A stretch of DNA of 36,066 nt from Candidatus Woesearchaeota archaeon (lineage in GTDB: Archaea > Nanobdellota > Nanobdellia > Pacearchaeales > GW2011-AR1). How positions within the stretch are numbered: the stretch's first letter is position 1; every line of letters starts with the position of its first letter. Both the position numbers and the translations under genes were made by a program. The notes beneath the pieces are model-generated. The model worked only from the letters and a program-made list of their open reading frames with translations, did not search any database and was not told the origin of the DNA. The DNA lies in contig CAYNJW010000002.1 of the NCBI GenBank assembly GCA_964397665.1, positions 12,525-48,590 on the forward strand, given 5' to 3'. Positions 1 to 8,964 of the stretch are shown here, one piece after another.

Positions 1-609
1 CCATTTCTCTACCAAAAAAATCCAAAGAATACCTAAAACAATAAGAATTAAATAAGTCCAAAGATAAAGAGTTAGATTATCAATTTCTGCAGGAGGATTT
101 ATAATTGCAGTAACGACACGAATAATCAAGAAAATTAAAAAGACAAACCATAAAAATTTAGCAAGTAATCTCCCGCCAAGACCAGTTCCATGAACTTTAA
201 TTGAAAAAAAGCCTAAAATTAAAAAAGGCAATGCGCCACCCAAAACAATTCCTAATGAACTATATGAAAGAAGAGCAGTATAAAGTTCTTGAGGTGTTAA
301 ATAAGCCATTGCTAAGTATGCAATTAAAAATGAAATTACCGGAGTGAGAGTTTTACCAAGACCTTCTTTTTCAAAAAAAGGAATATAATCTAAAACAACC
401 CAAATAATAAGTGTCAAAAGAATAAAATAAGCAAATCTTGCAACACTAAAATCTAAATTTCCACTTTCCCAACCATTATCATAAACCAAATTTATAAAAC
501 CATCTTTTATACTATCTAAAGGGTTAGCACTAACACTTTGTAAGCCACCGATAAAGGACAAAGCTAAGAGGAATAAAAATGAATAAACAAAAAATTTCTT
601 ATTAATCAT
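1..609 (-). CDS. Multi-pass membrane protein with N-terminal signal peptide; C-terminal part lies beyond the window edge; paralog of 660..1475
   Basis: Absent from the ORF track because it runs off the window. I checked the frame triplet by triplet: it is open from ATG (609-607) to nt 1, 203 codons. The N-terminus is MINKKFFVYSFLFLLALSFIGGLQSVSA. It aligns with the neighbour: IPFFEKEGLGK vs IPIFETSIGEN, and LPFLILGFFSIKVHGTGLGGR vs LPLLIFFFFVHNSGTGKIGRR. Confidence 0.6.
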   Translation of the reverse strand, partial: MINKKFFVYSFLFLLALSFIGGLQSVSANPLDSIKDGFINLVYDNGWESGNLDFSVARFAYFILLTLIIWVVLDYIPFFEKEGLGKTLTPVISFLIAYLAMAYLTPQELYTALLSYSSLGIVLGGALPFLILGFFSIKVHGTGLGGRLLAKFLWFVFLIFLIIRVVTAIINPPAEIDNLTLYLWTYLILIVLGILWIFLVEKW

Positions 610-630
610 AAACTATCAACAAACAAAGAC

Positions 631-638
631 TTTATAAA
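631..638. promoter_or_regulatory. Palindromic TATA box TTTATAAA shared by divergent genes (ATG 609 minus, ATG 660 plus)
   Basis: The intergenic spacer 610..659 is exactly 50 nt, made of 21 nt + TTTATAAA + 21 nt. The box starts 29 nt from both ATGs. Confidence 0.55.
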
Positions 639-659
639 TATTTTTAATCTCCTAAATAT

Positions 660-1475
660 ATGAAAAAATTAAATCCAACCTTTTTAATCTTGATTTCAAT
701 CCTTACATTGAATTCTGTTTATGCATACTCTTCACAAGGAATTGTAGGTTCAAGTCAAGGTATCTTGGATAATTTAATTAGTGGTGGTGCTCCACTCATT
801 GAGGCAGTTCTTGGAGACTATACTTCCCCTGTTGGTAACTTAAGTTATGGTGAGATTCTTTTTATGAAACTTTTAATTTTCTTAATCCTATTTGTAATTA
901 TTCAAGCAGTTCTAAAAAAAATCCCAATATTTGAAACTTCAATTGGAGAAAATAAAGCAGTTGTAACAATTTTATCTTTGGCAATACCTATTATTGCTGT
1001 AAGGTTCATGTCTTCAAGTGAAATGCTTTATGGAGTTTTACTCCCTTATGGAATGTTGGGAATAGCAATCACAACAATATTACCTCTTTTAATCTTCTTC
1101 TTCTTTGTTCATAATAGTGGTACTGGCAAAATAGGAAGAAGAACAATGTGGATTTTCTTTACAATAATCTATCTTGTTCTCTGGTTAAATAGAACTGACA
1201 GCATTGGTAAAATTGGGAATCAGATCTACTTTTGGACAATAATTATTTTAATAATAAATGTTCTTGCAGATGGAAAAATCCATAGTTATTTCGGACTTAG
1301 AACAATTAAAAGTTTAATAAATGAAACTGATGAAACAGCAAATATAAATCTCCAAAGAGAATATGATAGTTATTCAGCTTTTTTAACAAAACATCCAGAA
1401 AATAAAAGTGCTAAACGAAAATTAGAAAAAATTAGAAAAGAATTATATCGAAGAGGATTAAAGCAAATAGAATAA
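660..1475 (+). CDS. Multi-pass membrane protein with signal peptide and K/E-rich cytoplasmic tail; paralog of 1..609
   Basis: The ORF is 271 aa. It has the signal-like N-terminus MKKLNPTFLILISILTLNSVYA, several hydrophobic helices and a charged C-terminal tail (KRKLEKIRKELYRRGLK). A TATA box sits at -29. Confidence 0.65.
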   Translation: MKKLNPTFLILISILTLNSVYAYSSQGIVGSSQGILDNLISGGAPLIEAVLGDYTSPVGNLSYGEILFMKLLIFLILFVIIQAVLKKIPIFETSIGENKAVVTILSLAIPIIAVRFMSSSEMLYGVLLPYGMLGIAITTILPLLIFFFFVHNSGTGKIGRRTMWIFFTIIYLVLWLNRTDSIGKIGNQIYFWTIIILIINVLADGKIHSYFGLRTIKSLINETDETANINLQREYDSYSAFLTKHPENKSAKRKLEKIRKELYRRGLKQIE

Positions 1476-1748
1476 TTACGCTTTTTGATAACCTACAATC
1501 TTTCTATCTTTTCCTTCACCTTCATATATTGGAACTTCTTCTTTTGATTGTTTAACTTTTGATTTTTTCTTCCTTCCGTTAACACTTCTTAAAAAAAATA
1601 CACCAACAAGAACCATCAAAATACCTGAAATCAAAACAACTTTTCCAGAAATAAAATTAGCAAAACCAAATTTAGAATAAATATTTTTTGAACTTGCAAC
1701 TATCAATCCAAGACCTACACCCGATAAACCATAACCTAATAACTTCAT
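1476..1748 (-). CDS. Small two-helix membrane protein with basic C-terminal tail, unknown function
   Basis: The ORF is 90 aa with two hydrophobic segments followed by GRKKKSKVKQSKEEVPIYEGEGKDRKIVGY. Its stop abuts the stop of the convergent gene at 1475/1476. Confidence 0.5.
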   Translation of the reverse strand: MKLLGYGLSGVGLGLIVASSKNIYSKFGFANFISGKVVLISGILMVLVGVFFLRSVNGRKKKSKVKQSKEEVPIYEGEGKDRKIVGYQKA

Positions 1749-1815
1749 TTTCCTCTTAAAATAAATGCAGAAAAAGAATTATTTAAACCTTTTTAAAATG
1801 ATAAATTAGAAAACC

Positions 1816-1823
1816 CTTAAATA
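1816..1823 (+). promoter_or_regulatory. TATA-like box CTTAAATA, 29 nt upstream of ATG 1845
   Basis: Same spacing as the other promoters in this window; preceded by AAACC. Confidence 0.45.
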
Positions 1824-1844
1824 CTAACAAAAAAATTTAATAAT

Positions 1845-2792
1845 ATGGTACTTACTTCGGTTTTTTTAACTTTTGGAATTTTCATAGTTTCTTTAATAAT
1901 TCTTATAAAATCAAGCGATAAATTTACAGAAGCTGCAGAAAAAATCGGTCAAAAACTTAACATAAATCAATTTATTATTGGGGTCACAATTTTGGCAATT
2001 GGAACTTCTTTACCTGAATTAATCACCTCACTTATTGCACTTAAAAATAAATCAACTGAAATAATTATCGGAAATGTAATTGGGTCAAATATTGCAAATA
2101 TACTATTAGTTTTAGGAATTATTGCAATCTTTTCAAAAAAAATAAAAACAAAACATACAACTCCAAAAATAGATATCTTTGTCTTTTTCTCAACCTTGAT
2201 TTTTATAACCATCACATTCCTAGATAACTATTTTACTAGACTTGAAGGAATCCTAGGATTATTTATTCTATTATATTATCTTTTGACACTTAACTCTAAA
2301 AATAAAAATAAAAATGAAAAGAAGAAGAAGAAAACCTCAAAAAAAGGCTTGAAATTGCAGTTCTTGATTATTTTTTTAAGTAGTTTTTTTATTTACTTAG
2401 GTGCAAAGTATACAATCTTCGCAGTAATCAATCTTTCAAACATATTTAACATTGGAAAAGAAATAATAGCAATCTCTGCAGTTGCAATTGGAACTTCTTT
2501 ACCTGAATTAATCGTAAGTTTGCAGGCAACTAAAAAAGGAAATCTCGGAATGGCTTTTGGTAACGTCCTTGGATCAAATATTTTTAATACATTTGCAGTT
2601 CTTGGAATTCCTGCATTATTTAAAAACCTAATAATCCCTCAAAATATAATCTATCTAAGTATCCCCCTTTTAATTTTTGCAAGTCTTTTATTTTATTTTA
2701 TCTTAAAAACAAAAAAACTAACTAAAACGCTAGGATATGTGATGTTAATAATTTATTTCTTATATCTTGGAAAAATCTTCAATTTCTTTTAA
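1845..2792 (+). CDS. Na+/Ca2+ exchanger family (CaCA, YrbG/NCX_Mj-like) membrane transporter
   Basis: Two alpha-repeat signatures are present, GTSLPELITS..GNVIGSNIANI and GTSLPELIVS..GNVLGSNIFNT. They are separated by a K-rich cytoplasmic loop, with about 10 hydrophobic helices in total. Confidence 0.85.
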   Translation: MVLTSVFLTFGIFIVSLIILIKSSDKFTEAAEKIGQKLNINQFIIGVTILAIGTSLPELITSLIALKNKSTEIIIGNVIGSNIANILLVLGIIAIFSKKIKTKHTTPKIDIFVFFSTLIFITITFLDNYFTRLEGILGLFILLYYLLTLNSKNKNKNEKKKKKTSKKGLKLQFLIIFLSSFFIYLGAKYTIFAVINLSNIFNIGKEIIAISAVAIGTSLPELIVSLQATKKGNLGMAFGNVLGSNIFNTFAVLGIPALFKNLIIPQNIIYLSIPLLIFASLLFYFILKTKKLTKTLGYVMLIIYFLYLGKIFNFF

Positions 2793-2794
2793 AT

Positions 2795-3352
2795 TTAATC
2801 TTCCTCTAGAATATCTACTTTTCCGTCTTTCTTCAAAATATCAATAATTTCCCTTTCTAAATTTGCAATTTCTCCTTTCTTGAAAGGCCCTATATCTTCA
2901 CCATCCAACCCTAAAAATTCTTCAACATCCACTAAAAATCTTGCAAGTAAAAATTGACTTTCTTCTGAAGTCCCACCAAGCATTGCAACATTTAAATTTT
3001 TATCTGCTCTTTCTAAACTCTTAACAATTTCCTCAAATAATTCCTTTTCAAAACCTAAAAGATTATCAAAATCTCTTTTACTTATTCCAGTTTCAGAAGC
3101 CACAAAAGCTAAATTTAAAATTTTCTTTCTCCTCCTGATCAAAAGTTCTTTAAAAATCCCCATCGCGTTTTCAAGTTTTTTCTTTGTTTTAATCACAATA
3201 TCTGAAAACATATCCTCGCTATTCTCTGAAAATTTCTTTTTTTCTTCAAAATATTTGAAAACTTCTGAAATGAATTTCTTGGGTAAATTCTGGAGTTCCT
3301 CACTATATCTCTCTTTTCTTAAATATTCATAAAGATCATTATAATTAACCAT
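2795..3352 (-). CDS. gins51: GINS subunit, Gins51-like (Psf1/Sld5 type)
   Basis: The N-terminus LYEYLRKERYSEELQNLPKKFISEV matches the typical archaeal Gins51 opening. The helical A domain contains RRRKKILNLA. The C-terminal B domain contains GPFKKGEIANLEREI, compared with GPFxxGD in Thermococcus Gins51 as recalled from memory. Confidence 0.65.
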   Translation of the reverse strand: MVNYNDLYEYLRKERYSEELQNLPKKFISEVFKYFEEKKKFSENSEDMFSDIVIKTKKKLENAMGIFKELLIRRRKKILNLAFVASETGISKRDFDNLLGFEKELFEEIVKSLERADKNLNVAMLGGTSEESQFLLARFLVDVEEFLGLDGEDIGPFKKGEIANLEREIIDILKKDGKVDILEED

Positions 3353-3373
3353 AACTTAAAAAATGAATTAGTG

Positions 3374-3381
3374 CTTAAAAG
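3374..3381 (-). promoter_or_regulatory. TATA-like box (CTTTTAAG on minus strand), 29 nt upstream of ATG 3352
   Basis: Spacing identical to the other promoters in the window. Confidence 0.45.
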
Positions 3382-3397
3382 GATTGTTATAATAGAT

Positions 3398-3405
3398 TTT
3401 ATAAA
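3398..3405 (+). promoter_or_regulatory. TATA box TTTATAAA, 29 nt upstream of ATG 3427 (ftsY)
   Basis: Exact consensus octamer at the recurrent -29 position. Confidence 0.55.
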
Positions 3406-3426
3406 TCAATTACACCTAGTTTTTTT

Positions 3427-4506
3427 ATGTTTAAATCACTTAAAGAAAAATTAAAAAAATGGGTAAATAAAGTTGAGAATTCAACAGAAGATACTCTAGA
3501 AATAACTGAAAAAAAAGAAGTGAAGAAGAAAAAGAAAACTACTAAAGAAGAAAAAGAAACCAAAACAAAAAAAGTTAATGAAAAACAAAAAAACAAAAAA
3601 ATTGATAAGTCTGAAAAAAAGGAATTAAAAATACTAAAAACTGAAAAGAAAACAAAAAAATTCTCATTCAAAAGAAAAATTTCTGAAGAAAAATTAGAAA
3701 GTCTTCTTGAAGAATTAAACCTTACACTTTTACAAAATAATGTTGCTTATTCAGTAGTTGAAGAAATTGAAGAAACATTAAAAGAAAAACTTATTGGTGA
3801 AAATCTATCTGATTTAAATCTTAATGAAGAACTTACAAAGGCAATAGAAAAAGTACTTATTAATCCACCAAACATTATTAAAAAAATAAAAGATTCTTTA
3901 ACTAAAAATTCTCCTTATATCATTATTTTTGTTGGAATAAATGGTTCAGGTAAAACAACCACGCTTGCTAAATTTGCAAATCTTCTAAAAAAAGAAAAAA
4001 TTTCAACATGTTTAGTTGCTGCAGATACTTTTAGAGCTGCTGCAGTTGAACAGTTAGAAACACATGCAAAAAACTTAAAATTAGAAATAATAAAAAAAGA
4101 GTATAATTCTGATCCAGCATCTGTAGCATTTGAAGGAATTAGTTATGCTAAAAAAAATAAAATTGATGTTGTATTAATTGATACTGCTGGACGATTAAAT
4201 TCTAAGGAAACTTTAATGCAAGAATTAAAAAAGATAGTAAAAGTGGCAAAACCAAATTTAAAAATTTTTGTAGGTGAATCTATTACAGGTAATGATGCTA
4301 TTGAACAAGCAAAATCATTTAATGAACTGATAGATATTGATGGGATTATTTTATCAAAGGCAGATATTGATGAAAAAGGTGGAACTGCAATCTCGGTTTC
4401 AAAAATAACAAAAAAACCAATACTCTTCATTGGAACTGGGCAAGAATATTCAGACTTAGAAAAATTTGATAAAACCAAAATTCTTGATTCTTTAAATCTT
4501 AATTAA
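3427..4506 (+). CDS. ftsY: Signal recognition particle receptor FtsY
   Basis: The SRP-GTPase NG domain is present: GINGSGKTTTLAKFA (G1), DTAGR (G3) and SKADIDEKGG (G4/G5 region). The N-terminal ~90 aa are extremely lysine-rich. Confidence 0.9.
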   Translation: MFKSLKEKLKKWVNKVENSTEDTLEITEKKEVKKKKKTTKEEKETKTKKVNEKQKNKKIDKSEKKELKILKTEKKTKKFSFKRKISEEKLESLLEELNLTLLQNNVAYSVVEEIEETLKEKLIGENLSDLNLNEELTKAIEKVLINPPNIIKKIKDSLTKNSPYIIIFVGINGSGKTTTLAKFANLLKKEKISTCLVAADTFRAAAVEQLETHAKNLKLEIIKKEYNSDPASVAFEGISYAKKNKIDVVLIDTAGRLNSKETLMQELKKIVKVAKPNLKIFVGESITGNDAIEQAKSFNELIDIDGIILSKADIDEKGGTAISVSKITKKPILFIGTGQEYSDLEKFDKTKILDSLNLN

Positions 4507-4558
4507 AGAAAAAACTAATTACCAAAACCCCTAAAAACCCCTTAAACATATAAAAGAT

Positions 4559-5920
4559 ATGTTAGACAAAGTGGGAAATGCATTGAAAACTGGAATAAGA
4601 AAAATATCAAACGCTATAACAATTGATAAAAAACTTGTAGATGAAATTATAAAAGATTTGCAAAGAAGTTTAATTGAAGCAGATGTAAATGTCGAATTAG
4701 TTTTCGAATTAAGTCAAAAAATTAGAAAGCTTGCTTTGGATGAAGAAATAAAAGGTATAGAAAAAAAAGAACAATTAGTAAAATTAATCCATGACCAAAT
4801 AGAAATTCTTTTGGGTGAAGGAAAAGAATTAAAACTTAATAAAAAAGATAAAATTTTATTATTAGGTTTATATGGTTCGGGTAAAACAACAACGATTTCT
4901 AAACTTGCATTTTATTATTCTAAACGTGGGAAAAAGGTTGCAGTTCTTGGATTAGACACACAAAGACCTGCTGCGATGGATCAATTGGAACAAATGGCGA
5001 CAAAAGCTAAAGTTAAATCTTTCATAGATAAAGAAGAAAAGGATCCTTTGAAAATTTATCAAAACTATAAAAAAGAACTTGATAAATATGACTTAGTTTT
5101 TGTTGATACTGCTGGACGAGATGGATTAAATAAAGAACTATCAAAAGAAATAAAAAATATAGTAAAAAAGATAAAACCATCCCACAAAATTTTAATAATG
5201 CCTGCGGATATCGGTCAAACAGCAAAAACCCAAGCAGAAGAATTTCAAAAAGCTGTTGGTATCGATGGAGTAATTATTACTCGAATGGATGGAACATCAA
5301 AGGCAGGAGGAGCACTAACAGCTTGTGCTGAAACAAAGGCCCCAATTTATTTTATTGGTGTTGGTGAACAAATACATGAATTAGAATCTTTCAATCCTTC
5401 TTCATTCGTATCAAGAATTTTAGGAATGGGTGATTTAAATGCACTACTCGAAAAAGTTCAATCTGCAACTGATGAAAAACAACAAGAAAGAATTCAAAAT
5501 AGGCTTAAAGAAGGAAAATTCACTTTAATGGACGTATATAATCAATTAGAACAAATGAATAAACTAGGTAGCATGGATAAAATTCTCAGAATGGTTCCTG
5601 GAATCGGTGGAGCAATTGATAAAATCCCTAAATCAGAATTAGAAAAGCAAGAAAGAAAAATGCAACACTATAAACATGCAATCTCTTCTATGACAACTGA
5701 AGAAATTGAAACCCCTGAAATTTTTGATAAAGAAACTTCAAGGATAAAAAGAGTTGCAAATGGTTCTGGAACAACAACTAGCGAAATTAGGGAATTATTA
5801 AAACAGTATAAAATGTTAAAAGAGATGATGGGAATGCAACAAGGAATGTCTGAAGGAAATATTGATCCTAAAATGATTCAAAAGATGGCTAAAAAGTTTG
5901 GCGGAAAAATGAGAAGATAA
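4559..5920 (+). CDS. srp54: Signal recognition particle protein SRP54
   Basis: The NG domain carries GLYGSGKTTTISKLA, DTAGR and TRMDGTSKAGGAL. The C-terminal M domain is Met-rich (LKEMMGMQQGMSEG). Confidence 0.92.
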   Translation: MLDKVGNALKTGIRKISNAITIDKKLVDEIIKDLQRSLIEADVNVELVFELSQKIRKLALDEEIKGIEKKEQLVKLIHDQIEILLGEGKELKLNKKDKILLLGLYGSGKTTTISKLAFYYSKRGKKVAVLGLDTQRPAAMDQLEQMATKAKVKSFIDKEEKDPLKIYQNYKKELDKYDLVFVDTAGRDGLNKELSKEIKNIVKKIKPSHKILIMPADIGQTAKTQAEEFQKAVGIDGVIITRMDGTSKAGGALTACAETKAPIYFIGVGEQIHELESFNPSSFVSRILGMGDLNALLEKVQSATDEKQQERIQNRLKEGKFTLMDVYNQLEQMNKLGSMDKILRMVPGIGGAIDKIPKSELEKQERKMQHYKHAISSMTTEEIETPEIFDKETSRIKRVANGSGTTTSEIRELLKQYKMLKEMMGMQQGMSEGNIDPKMIQKMAKKFGGKMRR

Positions 5921-5932
5921 TTTTTTGATAAG

Positions 5933-6214
5933 TCAACTAATTGACAAATAATTTCCTTTAATCTTTAAACCCTCAAACACTGCTTCTCTTGCAACAGAAT
6001 ATTTTACTCCTTTCATTGAAGTAACTAATCTATACATCCTATATAACTTAATTTCTGAACGTTTTAAAGTAGCTTCAAGATTCAAAATTTTGTTATTTCC
6101 TCTTGAAATATTCTTTCTAAAAAAGTTATTAATCCTATACAAATCATACTCTAAAAGTTCTGTATCGTTAAAATCTTTAAAAAGATTGCCTGTTGGATTG
6201 AAAAAAGTGCCCAT
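5933..6214 (-). CDS. Hypothetical protein (93 aa), no family recognised
   Basis: The ORF has normal composition. Its ATG lies exactly 29 nt from the shared palindromic TATA box at 6236..6243, which supports expression. Confidence 0.4.
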   Translation of the reverse strand: MGTFFNPTGNLFKDFNDTELLEYDLYRINNFFRKNISRGNNKILNLEATLKRSEIKLYRMYRLVTSMKGVKYSVAREAVFEGLKIKGNYLSIS

Positions 6215-6235
6215 AATTTATAAAAAAATTCAAAC

Positions 6236-6243
6236 TTTATAAA
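6236..6243. promoter_or_regulatory. Palindromic TATA box TTTATAAA shared by divergent genes (ATG 6214 minus, ATG 6265 plus)
   Basis: The spacer 6215..6264 is exactly 50 nt (21 + 8 + 21). A second TTTATAAA sits at 6217..6224. Confidence 0.55.
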
Positions 6244-6264
6244 CTCTGGTTTCATTACCAAAAC

Positions 6265-6888
6265 ATGAAAAAATTAATTGCACAAGGAGCAGAAGCGAAA
6301 ATATATTTAGAAAATAATGAAATCTCAAAAGAAAGAATTCAAAAATCTTACAGACTTCCTGAACTAGATGAAAAAATTAGAAAAGCAAGAACAAGACAAG
6401 AATGTAGAATTTTATCAAGAGCAAATAAATTTGCAAATGTCCCAAAAGTTTTAAATGCTGACAAAAAAGGGTTTCCAAACGATAAATTTAATCTAAAAAT
6501 AGAATTCATAAAAGGAGATAGATTATCTGAAACTCTAAATAACTATAAAGAAAAAAAACAATTAGAAATAATGAAACAATTAGGTAATCAAGTGGCACTA
6601 CTTCATAAAAATGAAATAATCCATGGAGACCTCACTACAAGTAATGTAATTTTATCAAACTCTTCAAACAAAATATTCATCATAGACTTCGGGCTAGGAT
6701 TTATTTCAAAAAAAATAGAAGATAAGGGTGTTGATTTACATTTAATAAAACAAGCCCTTGAAGCAAAACACTTTCAAAATTGGAAAACACTATTTGATGA
6801 ATTTTTAAAAGGATATAATTTGGAAGATAAAGATAAAGTTCTAGAAAGATTAAAAGCTATTGAAAAAAGGGGAAGATATAGGCATTAA
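6265..6888 (+). CDS. bud32: Bud32/PRPK-type atypical kinase (KEOPS subunit), stand-alone
   Basis: The opening LIAQGAEAKIY, the catalytic loop IIHGDLTTSNVIL, IDFGLG, and DKGVDLHL are all typical of RIO-like Bud32. Confidence 0.85.
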   Translation: MKKLIAQGAEAKIYLENNEISKERIQKSYRLPELDEKIRKARTRQECRILSRANKFANVPKVLNADKKGFPNDKFNLKIEFIKGDRLSETLNNYKEKKQLEIMKQLGNQVALLHKNEIIHGDLTTSNVILSNSSNKIFIIDFGLGFISKKIEDKGVDLHLIKQALEAKHFQNWKTLFDEFLKGYNLEDKDKVLERLKAIEKRGRYRH

Positions 6889-6994
6889 AAATAATTGAGA
6901 GGCATTACAACTCCCTCAACTAAACCAAAAATAGATAATCTTAAAAATCAAATAAAATAATTAAATAATATTCAATAAGACAATAAACAACCAC

Positions 6995-7067
6995 AGCCCT
7001 GTAGTCTAGTGGTCAAGGATACGGCCCTTTGAAGGCCGTGACCCCGGTTCGAATCCGGGCAGGGCTA
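6995..7067 (+). tRNA. tRNA-Gln (anticodon UUG)
   Basis: This is the only GC-rich island in the window.
- Cloverleaf folded by hand: acceptor AGCCCUG/CAGGGCU, D stem GUCU/GGAU, anticodon stem CGGCC/GGCCG with loop CUUUGAA, T arm CCCGG-UUCGAAU-CCGGG, discriminator A.
- No CCA is encoded.
- The A1-U72 pair is the known archaeal tRNA-Gln hallmark. Confidence 0.9.
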
Positions 7068-7094
7068 TAAAATATTTATTTTAAGATGATTAAC

Positions 7095-7102
7095 TTTAAA
7101 AA
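7095..7102 (+). promoter_or_regulatory. TATA-like box TTTAAAAA, 29 nt upstream of ATG 7124
   Basis: Recurrent -29 spacing; supports ATG 7124 as the uS15 start. Confidence 0.45.
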
Positions 7103-7123
7103 CCTAAATTTTAACATATACTT

Positions 7124-7492
7124 ATGGAAAAAACTATGAAAAAACCATTATGGTTAAAAATGACTGAAAAAGAACTCATAAAAGTAATTGAAGAACTTGC
7201 AGATAAATATCAACCTGCACAAATTGGAATAATTTTAAGAGACCAATATGGAGTTCCGAGTACAAAAGTTTATGGTAAAAAATTAGGAGCATATCTTAAA
7301 GATTTGGGATTAGAATCTAATGCTGAATTTAAAAATGCTGAGAAAAAAGTAGAAAGATTGAAAGAACATCTAAAAGAAAATGTAACTGATAGAAAAGCAA
7401 AACATAAATTACAAAAAGCTCAATCAAGACTAAATATTCTAGGAAAATATTTCGGAATAGCAATAAAGAGAAAAAGAGATAAAAAAAGATAA
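7124..7492 (+). CDS. rps15: 30S ribosomal protein uS15 (S15P/S13e)
   Basis: PLWLKMTEKELIKVIEELADKYQPAQIGIILRDQYGVP matches the N-terminal S13e-type domain. The C-terminal S15 helical hairpin is present (RKAKHKLQKAQSRLN). Confidence 0.85.
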   Translation: MEKTMKKPLWLKMTEKELIKVIEELADKYQPAQIGIILRDQYGVPSTKVYGKKLGAYLKDLGLESNAEFKNAEKKVERLKEHLKENVTDRKAKHKLQKAQSRLNILGKYFGIAIKRKRDKKR

Positions 7493-7576
7493 ATTCTTTC
7501 TGTTTCCTTTCTAGTGGTTATAAAAGCTTATAAAGAAAATCATATTTATTCTAATAACTAATAAAAAAAGAGTAAT

Positions 7577-8896
7577 ATGAAAGAAGAGATTAAAAAAATA
7601 ACTGAAGAATTTCTAACAGCAACGAAAAATAAGAAAATAAGATTAATAAGTCACCATGATACTGACGGAATTACTTCTGCGTCTATCCTTGTAAAAACCT
7701 TTCAAAGATTGGGTAAACAATTCTCTGTAAGAATTGTAAAAGGACTAGATGAAAAAATTATAAAAGAGGAATTAAAAAGAAATGGAAAAGAAGTTCTTAT
7801 TTTCTCAGACCTTGCTTCTGGAAGTTTAGATTATTTTCAAGAATTAGAACAACCAATTTTTATTTTAGACCATCATGAATTAGACAAAACAAAAATTAAT
7901 CAAAATATAAAAATCTTGAATCCACATGTAACTGGTGGCGATAATATTTGTGGGGCAGCAGTATGCTATTTATTCTCTAAAGAAATTTCAGAGAAAAATA
8001 AAGATTTAGCAAAACTTGCAATTATTGGAATGATTGGTGACAGACATGAAAAAAATATCTCAAAAACATATCAAGAGATAATAAAAGATACTGAAGAATT
8101 AGAAATTAAAAAAAGCTTATTAATCTTCTCTGCAACTAGACCTCTTAGACGTTCATTGGAATATTCTACTTCATGTTATATTCCAGGAGTTACTGGATCC
8201 TCTGAAGGTGTTAAAGAGATTCTAAGGGAAAATAACATCTCTCCTGAAAGAACACTCAATGATCTTGATGAAAACGAATTATCGAGATTAGTAACTTCTG
8301 TAATGGTTAGAAGAGCAGGTAAAAGAGAAGAAGACGAAATAATCGGAAATGTTTATCTTCTAAAATTCTTTAATCGGAAAGAAGATGTTAGGGAATTGAG
8401 CGTTTTAATTAACTCCTGTTCTAGGCTTGGAAATCCAGCTACAGCTATTTTCTTCTGTTTGGAAAGTTCAAAAGCAAAAAAAGAAGCAGAAGATATTTAC
8501 ATAAAATATAAGCAAGAATTAATTAGTGGATTAAAAGTTGCAGAAAAAATAAATCTTAAAAAAGGCAAAGGGTTTGTAATTTTAAATGCAAAAGAACAAA
8601 TTAAAGATGCACTTATAGGTACAATCTGTTCAATGATTTCCTCTTCGCCAACTTATGAAGAAGGAACAATCCTTATTGGGATGGCTTATAATGATAATAA
8701 AATAAAAGTCTCTGCAAGAATTGCTGGAAGAAAAGGAAAGAATCTAAAAGAAGTAATGGAACAATCAGTAGTAAACTTAGAAGCAGAAGTTGGTGGACAT
8801 CAAATGGCTGCTGGTTGTTTAATAAAAAAAGAAGATGAGAATAAATTTATTGAAAATCTAACAAAACATTTAGAAATAGATATAGTTAAAATTTAA
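7577..8896 (+). CDS. recJ: RecJ/Cdc45-like DHH phosphoesterase (GAN-type, GINS-associated nuclease family)
   Basis: DHH motifs are present: SHHDTDGITSA, ILDHH, and GMIGDRH. The DHHA1-like motif is VGGHQMAAG. The gene follows uS15, as in many archaea. Confidence 0.8.
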   Translation: MKEEIKKITEEFLTATKNKKIRLISHHDTDGITSASILVKTFQRLGKQFSVRIVKGLDEKIIKEELKRNGKEVLIFSDLASGSLDYFQELEQPIFILDHHELDKTKINQNIKILNPHVTGGDNICGAAVCYLFSKEISEKNKDLAKLAIIGMIGDRHEKNISKTYQEIIKDTEELEIKKSLLIFSATRPLRRSLEYSTSCYIPGVTGSSEGVKEILRENNISPERTLNDLDENELSRLVTSVMVRRAGKREEDEIIGNVYLLKFFNRKEDVRELSVLINSCSRLGNPATAIFFCLESSKAKKEAEDIYIKYKQELISGLKVAEKINLKKGKGFVILNAKEQIKDALIGTICSMISSSPTYEEGTILIGMAYNDNKIKVSARIAGRKGKNLKEVMEQSVVNLEAEVGGHQMAAGCLIKKEDENKFIENLTKHLEIDIVKI

Positions 8897-8935
8897 ATTA
8901 ATTCTTAAAATTATAAAGACCCTTAATCCATAACC

Positions 8936-8943
8936 CTTATAAA
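8936..8943 (+). promoter_or_regulatory. TATA-like box CTTATAAA, 29 nt upstream of ATG 8965
   Basis: The spacing supports the small eS27 gene, which is missing from the ORF track. Confidence 0.5.
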
Positions 8944-8964
8944 CCCAAATTTTCTGTTCTTATT

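Noticed and set aside
3480-3670. A/G-rich low-complexity tracts (also 2290..2345 and 13990..14045) that look repeat-like
   Set aside because: They are in-frame lysine/glutamate-rich coding segments (FtsY N-domain, CaCA loop, HIT tail). There is no regular unit or spacer structure, so this is not a CRISPR array or satellite.
6889-6994. Possible ncRNA or hairpin (GAGAGG..CCCTC) in the 106-nt spacer before the tRNA
   Set aside because: The stem is only a short imperfect 4-5 bp, and the rest is AT-rich spacer containing the likely tRNA promoter (TTAAATAA at 6961..6968). The evidence is insufficient for an RNA gene.
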